A DNA stretch of 63,075 nucleotides, counting the filler, from Octopus bimaculoides (lineage: Eukaryota), in the NCBI RefSeq assembly GCF_001194135.2. It is 9 parts of 8 records of this genome, joined end to end, with 100 filler letters (N's around TTAATTAATTAA, not from the genome) between each part and the next. Parts side by side here need not be neighbours in the genome. Positions count along the whole stretch, not along the records: positions 59,797 to 63,075 come from NC_068983.1; 8 more parts are not named here. One strand, given 5' to 3'. Shown here in pieces: positions 60,116 through 63,075 of the stretch (the stretch's first letter is position 1; each line of letters starts with the position of its first letter). The position numbers and the translations under genes are program-made. Under the pieces are notes generated by a model. That model worked only from the letters and a program-made list of their open reading frames with translations. It was not told where the DNA came from and searched no databases.

Positions 60116-62655
60116 CGTTTTCTCATAATCGTCATAATCACTTTTAGATTAATTTCTCATTCGTTATGTGGCACCGACATATTTCCATTCCCTTATAGTC
60201 TCAGACCACATCTTCGGATTGAAGCATGTCAAAATCCAGAAATTCCTAGAAGAATTCTGTTATTTGAATCGTTGCATTAAAAGGAAAATTTCTGTTGGGG
60301 CCACAAAGATGTCATAGTGATTAAAAAGTGTCAGTTAGCTTAGCGAAAACATTTTTTTTTAATTACATACATAAATATTTACATTATCATTTTGCGAAAC
60401 CACCTCTCGCTAAACATTGAATGTCTCTAACATAATGCAAATTGATGCAGTCATTGATTGATTGTCTATTGTAGTATTTTCGATATTAGTGATCCCAGGG
60501 TATCCATATTCATTATAAAAAATTTGTATCTTAACTTAGAGAAATATGTCATTTGTCTTCAAAACGTTTGTACTTTTAGCACTCTATTTACATAGATATA
60601 AGTGACGTGAGATAGAGGTTATATTTTCAGGATGTAAGCAGACGACAGTTACTGTAAACAGCGTCAGGATATAGTAAATGTGGTTGCTATTTTAATTTTC
60701 TTCCATCAAGCCATACCTCAATGTGTTAAGAACATGAAGTATGCAAATGGTAATGTACGTATTACTTTATGCACTATGTCTGGAAAATGCAGAGTCTTCG
60801 CCACGGAAATGCCAGGTTGATTATACGAGAAAAAATGACCAAAAATAACAGGTAGGACTTGACATATATTTTATGCGTCTATGGTGAGTTTTCTGAGGCT
60901 GAATATTTATTGGCTATATCGACTAAAAAGCTCATCTTCACAAAATTCCAGTTGAAGATTTTGCGCTTTCAGTTATTTGTGGGAAAGCTTACTAGTTACA
61001 TGAAACTTGTTACATCTAACTAGTTACATGAAAGGTCAGGATATACTCTAGTCATCTAACTGAACCACGTGGTATATTTGTTTCCATCATTTATTTCCTT
61101 TGCTCTAGTGAGGCTTGCTTGCTCAACAAAATATTTCACTATACGTTGTTTTTAGCTTTAGCAACAGGGGCAAAAGCGCCATTAAATTTTTTAGCAGATC
61201 CGAATGTTGATTATGTCGTACAGGTAACACAACCTATTAGCTCTTTCAGAGAAGCTTTTTCGGGCTGTAGGGGCATCTATTTATGAGTGATCTTAATTCT
61301 TACTGCACTACTCTAGTCCAGTGGTGGCAGGTGATACTACAGAATATATTTTTCATTCAAATCTCCTCGTTTTACAGGGATTTTGTAATACAGAAATATC
61401 TTATCGGATGATATATTACTGACTCATCTATTCATATTGCTACGAAGTGCTTAATGATTAGGGAAGGATGGAAAGTGTCCTTATTTATATAAATACTCTT
61501 CCATTAATAATCATGTAGTAAATGTAATGTTTGCTATTGTGTAACGTATTTGTTATATCAAAACACACTGCTGTATTTAGCATAGTGTTTCTTGTACAAT
61601 ATAAAATGAACGTGAGATCAAAAAGAAAAACGTGACACTGGCAAAAATGTTGCCTTAAGCAATGGTAGTATTGTCGATTCGAGAATGTTGTACGTGATGA
61701 GTATCATGATAGGGCCTCTAATACTGGTGGGAGACAGAAAGCAATCGTCATCATACTGTTTGAGATAATTTTAATTTTCTATTATTGTACAAGAATCATC
61801 CGGGAAACGATAGTTTTTGACATACATAAATCGAAACGAAAACAAGAAAATTAGATTTGAATTGTCCTTTTCTTTTTCAAAGTGAAAATAGCGGAAATGA
61901 CTAACTGTTCTCATGTTAACAACTCATGCTACCAGGAAATCGGAAATAATAATACTCTGGTGTGTATTACGCGTATTAAATTACTTGAACTTATATATAT
62001 GTAAATTACATCGTATATCGTTTGCAAGGAATTTGTAATGACTATTAAAGCATCGATTTTCAAGCTAAGTCAAATCTAATGCGTTGCAAAGTACTTTTAT
62101 AAATCTGAAATGGTACTGAAATAGCGGCTTCAAATTGGAATGCATGAAAATTGCAATTAAATAGCAGTTTAGCTGCAATAGTCGAAACTTAAATTACAAT
62201 TTAGATATGATTAAATAAGAACAAGTAATAATAATAACATATCTATTTATTCATGATGCGTTATGGCAGTTTCGAAAGGGAGTATCGGATTGCTGTTGTT
62301 TTCGTCATCGGAGAACACCGCTTTCATTTAGATATTTGTGTGCGTCCAGAACACGCAAGAAACCAGTTCAAGAAGATTTTAAAACATCGCAGTGTTTCGA
62401 CCTCGTTATGCGCATCCTAAGTATCCGTTTGACAAGTAAAAGCACAAAGCATATCATTCATTTGCTGATTCTCCTAAGCATGAGTTCGAACTCTTGTCAG
62501 ATCCATAGGTTCGGCGGAGTAGCTTTGACTACGGAGACATCGAATGAGATGGAATCACTCCATGGTTACAATTTGTCCCTACACCGTAGAAGCGTGTATG
62601 CTGTAAATACATATAGTCTGAAAAATTCCCGTTGTAATATGCGAGGATATATACA

Positions 62656-63075
62656 AGGCGGCGAGCTGGCAGAAACGTTACCATGCCGGGCGAAATGCTT
62701 AGCGGTATTTCGTCTGCCGTTACGTTCTGAGTTCAAATTCCACCGAGGAAGACTTTGCCTTTCATCCTTTCGGGGTTGATAAATTAAGCACCAGTTACGC
62801 ATTGGGGTCGTTCTAATCAACTTAATCCCTTTGTCTGTCCTTGTTTGTCCCCTCTATATTTAGCCTCTTGTGGGCAATAAAGAAATAAGAAACGTTAGCA
62901 CGCCGGGTGAAAAGCTCAGCGGTACTTCGTCTGTCGCTACGTTCTGAGTTCAAATTCCGCCGAGGTCGATTTTGCCTTTCATCCTTTCGAGGTTGATAAA
63001 TTAAGTACCAGTTGCGTATTGGGGTCGATCTAATCAACTGGCCGCCTTCTCCCAAATTCAGTGCCTCGTGCCTAG
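62656..63075 (+). mobile_element. Composite SINE A: tail-A monomer (62656-62887) joined to a head-truncated tail-B monomer (62888-63075)
   Basis: Junction aataaagaaata|agaaacgttagcacgccggg. Confidence 0.88.

Noticed and set aside
62385-62440. Minus-strand ...ggtcGAAACac as a hammerhead remnant
   Set aside because: No CTGANGA core and no helix II pairing.

Overview
AT-rich, gap-ridden eukaryotic DNA with very dense microsatellites and short retroposons. The repeat families look like those of an octopus or other coleoid cephalopod; this is inference from recall, not a database search. I found no intact protein-coding gene, rRNA, genuine tRNA gene or CRISPR array, and almost all ORFs in the supplied track are microsatellite or N-gap artefacts. 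Supported content: (i) decayed DNA transposons (a near-complete DD37 maT-like Tc1/mariner at 1249-2478, a DD41D-like copy at about 36900-37860, two DD34D mariner remnants, a probable hAT remnant, two MITE-like elements); (ii) 3' ends of a Tx1/L1-like and an RTE-like LINE; (iii) many copies of at least three tRNA-headed SINE families. The main discovery is about 10 hammerhead-ribozyme (HHR) motifs from about 5 unrelated repeat families. All are type I with a loop-less or palindromic helix III (AC/GU, ACAAUUGU, ACUCGAGU, AAUCGAUU), the form described for Penelope-like elements that needs dimerisation. Several sit in divergent inverted repeats, and one family is fused to a tRNA-like Pol III head via an (AAT)n spacer. 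One SINE shares its 3' tail with the Tx1-like LINE and appears to insert into the head of its own family. Eight TTAATTAATTAA linkers inside N-runs are assembly artefacts, so contiguity across them is uncertain.
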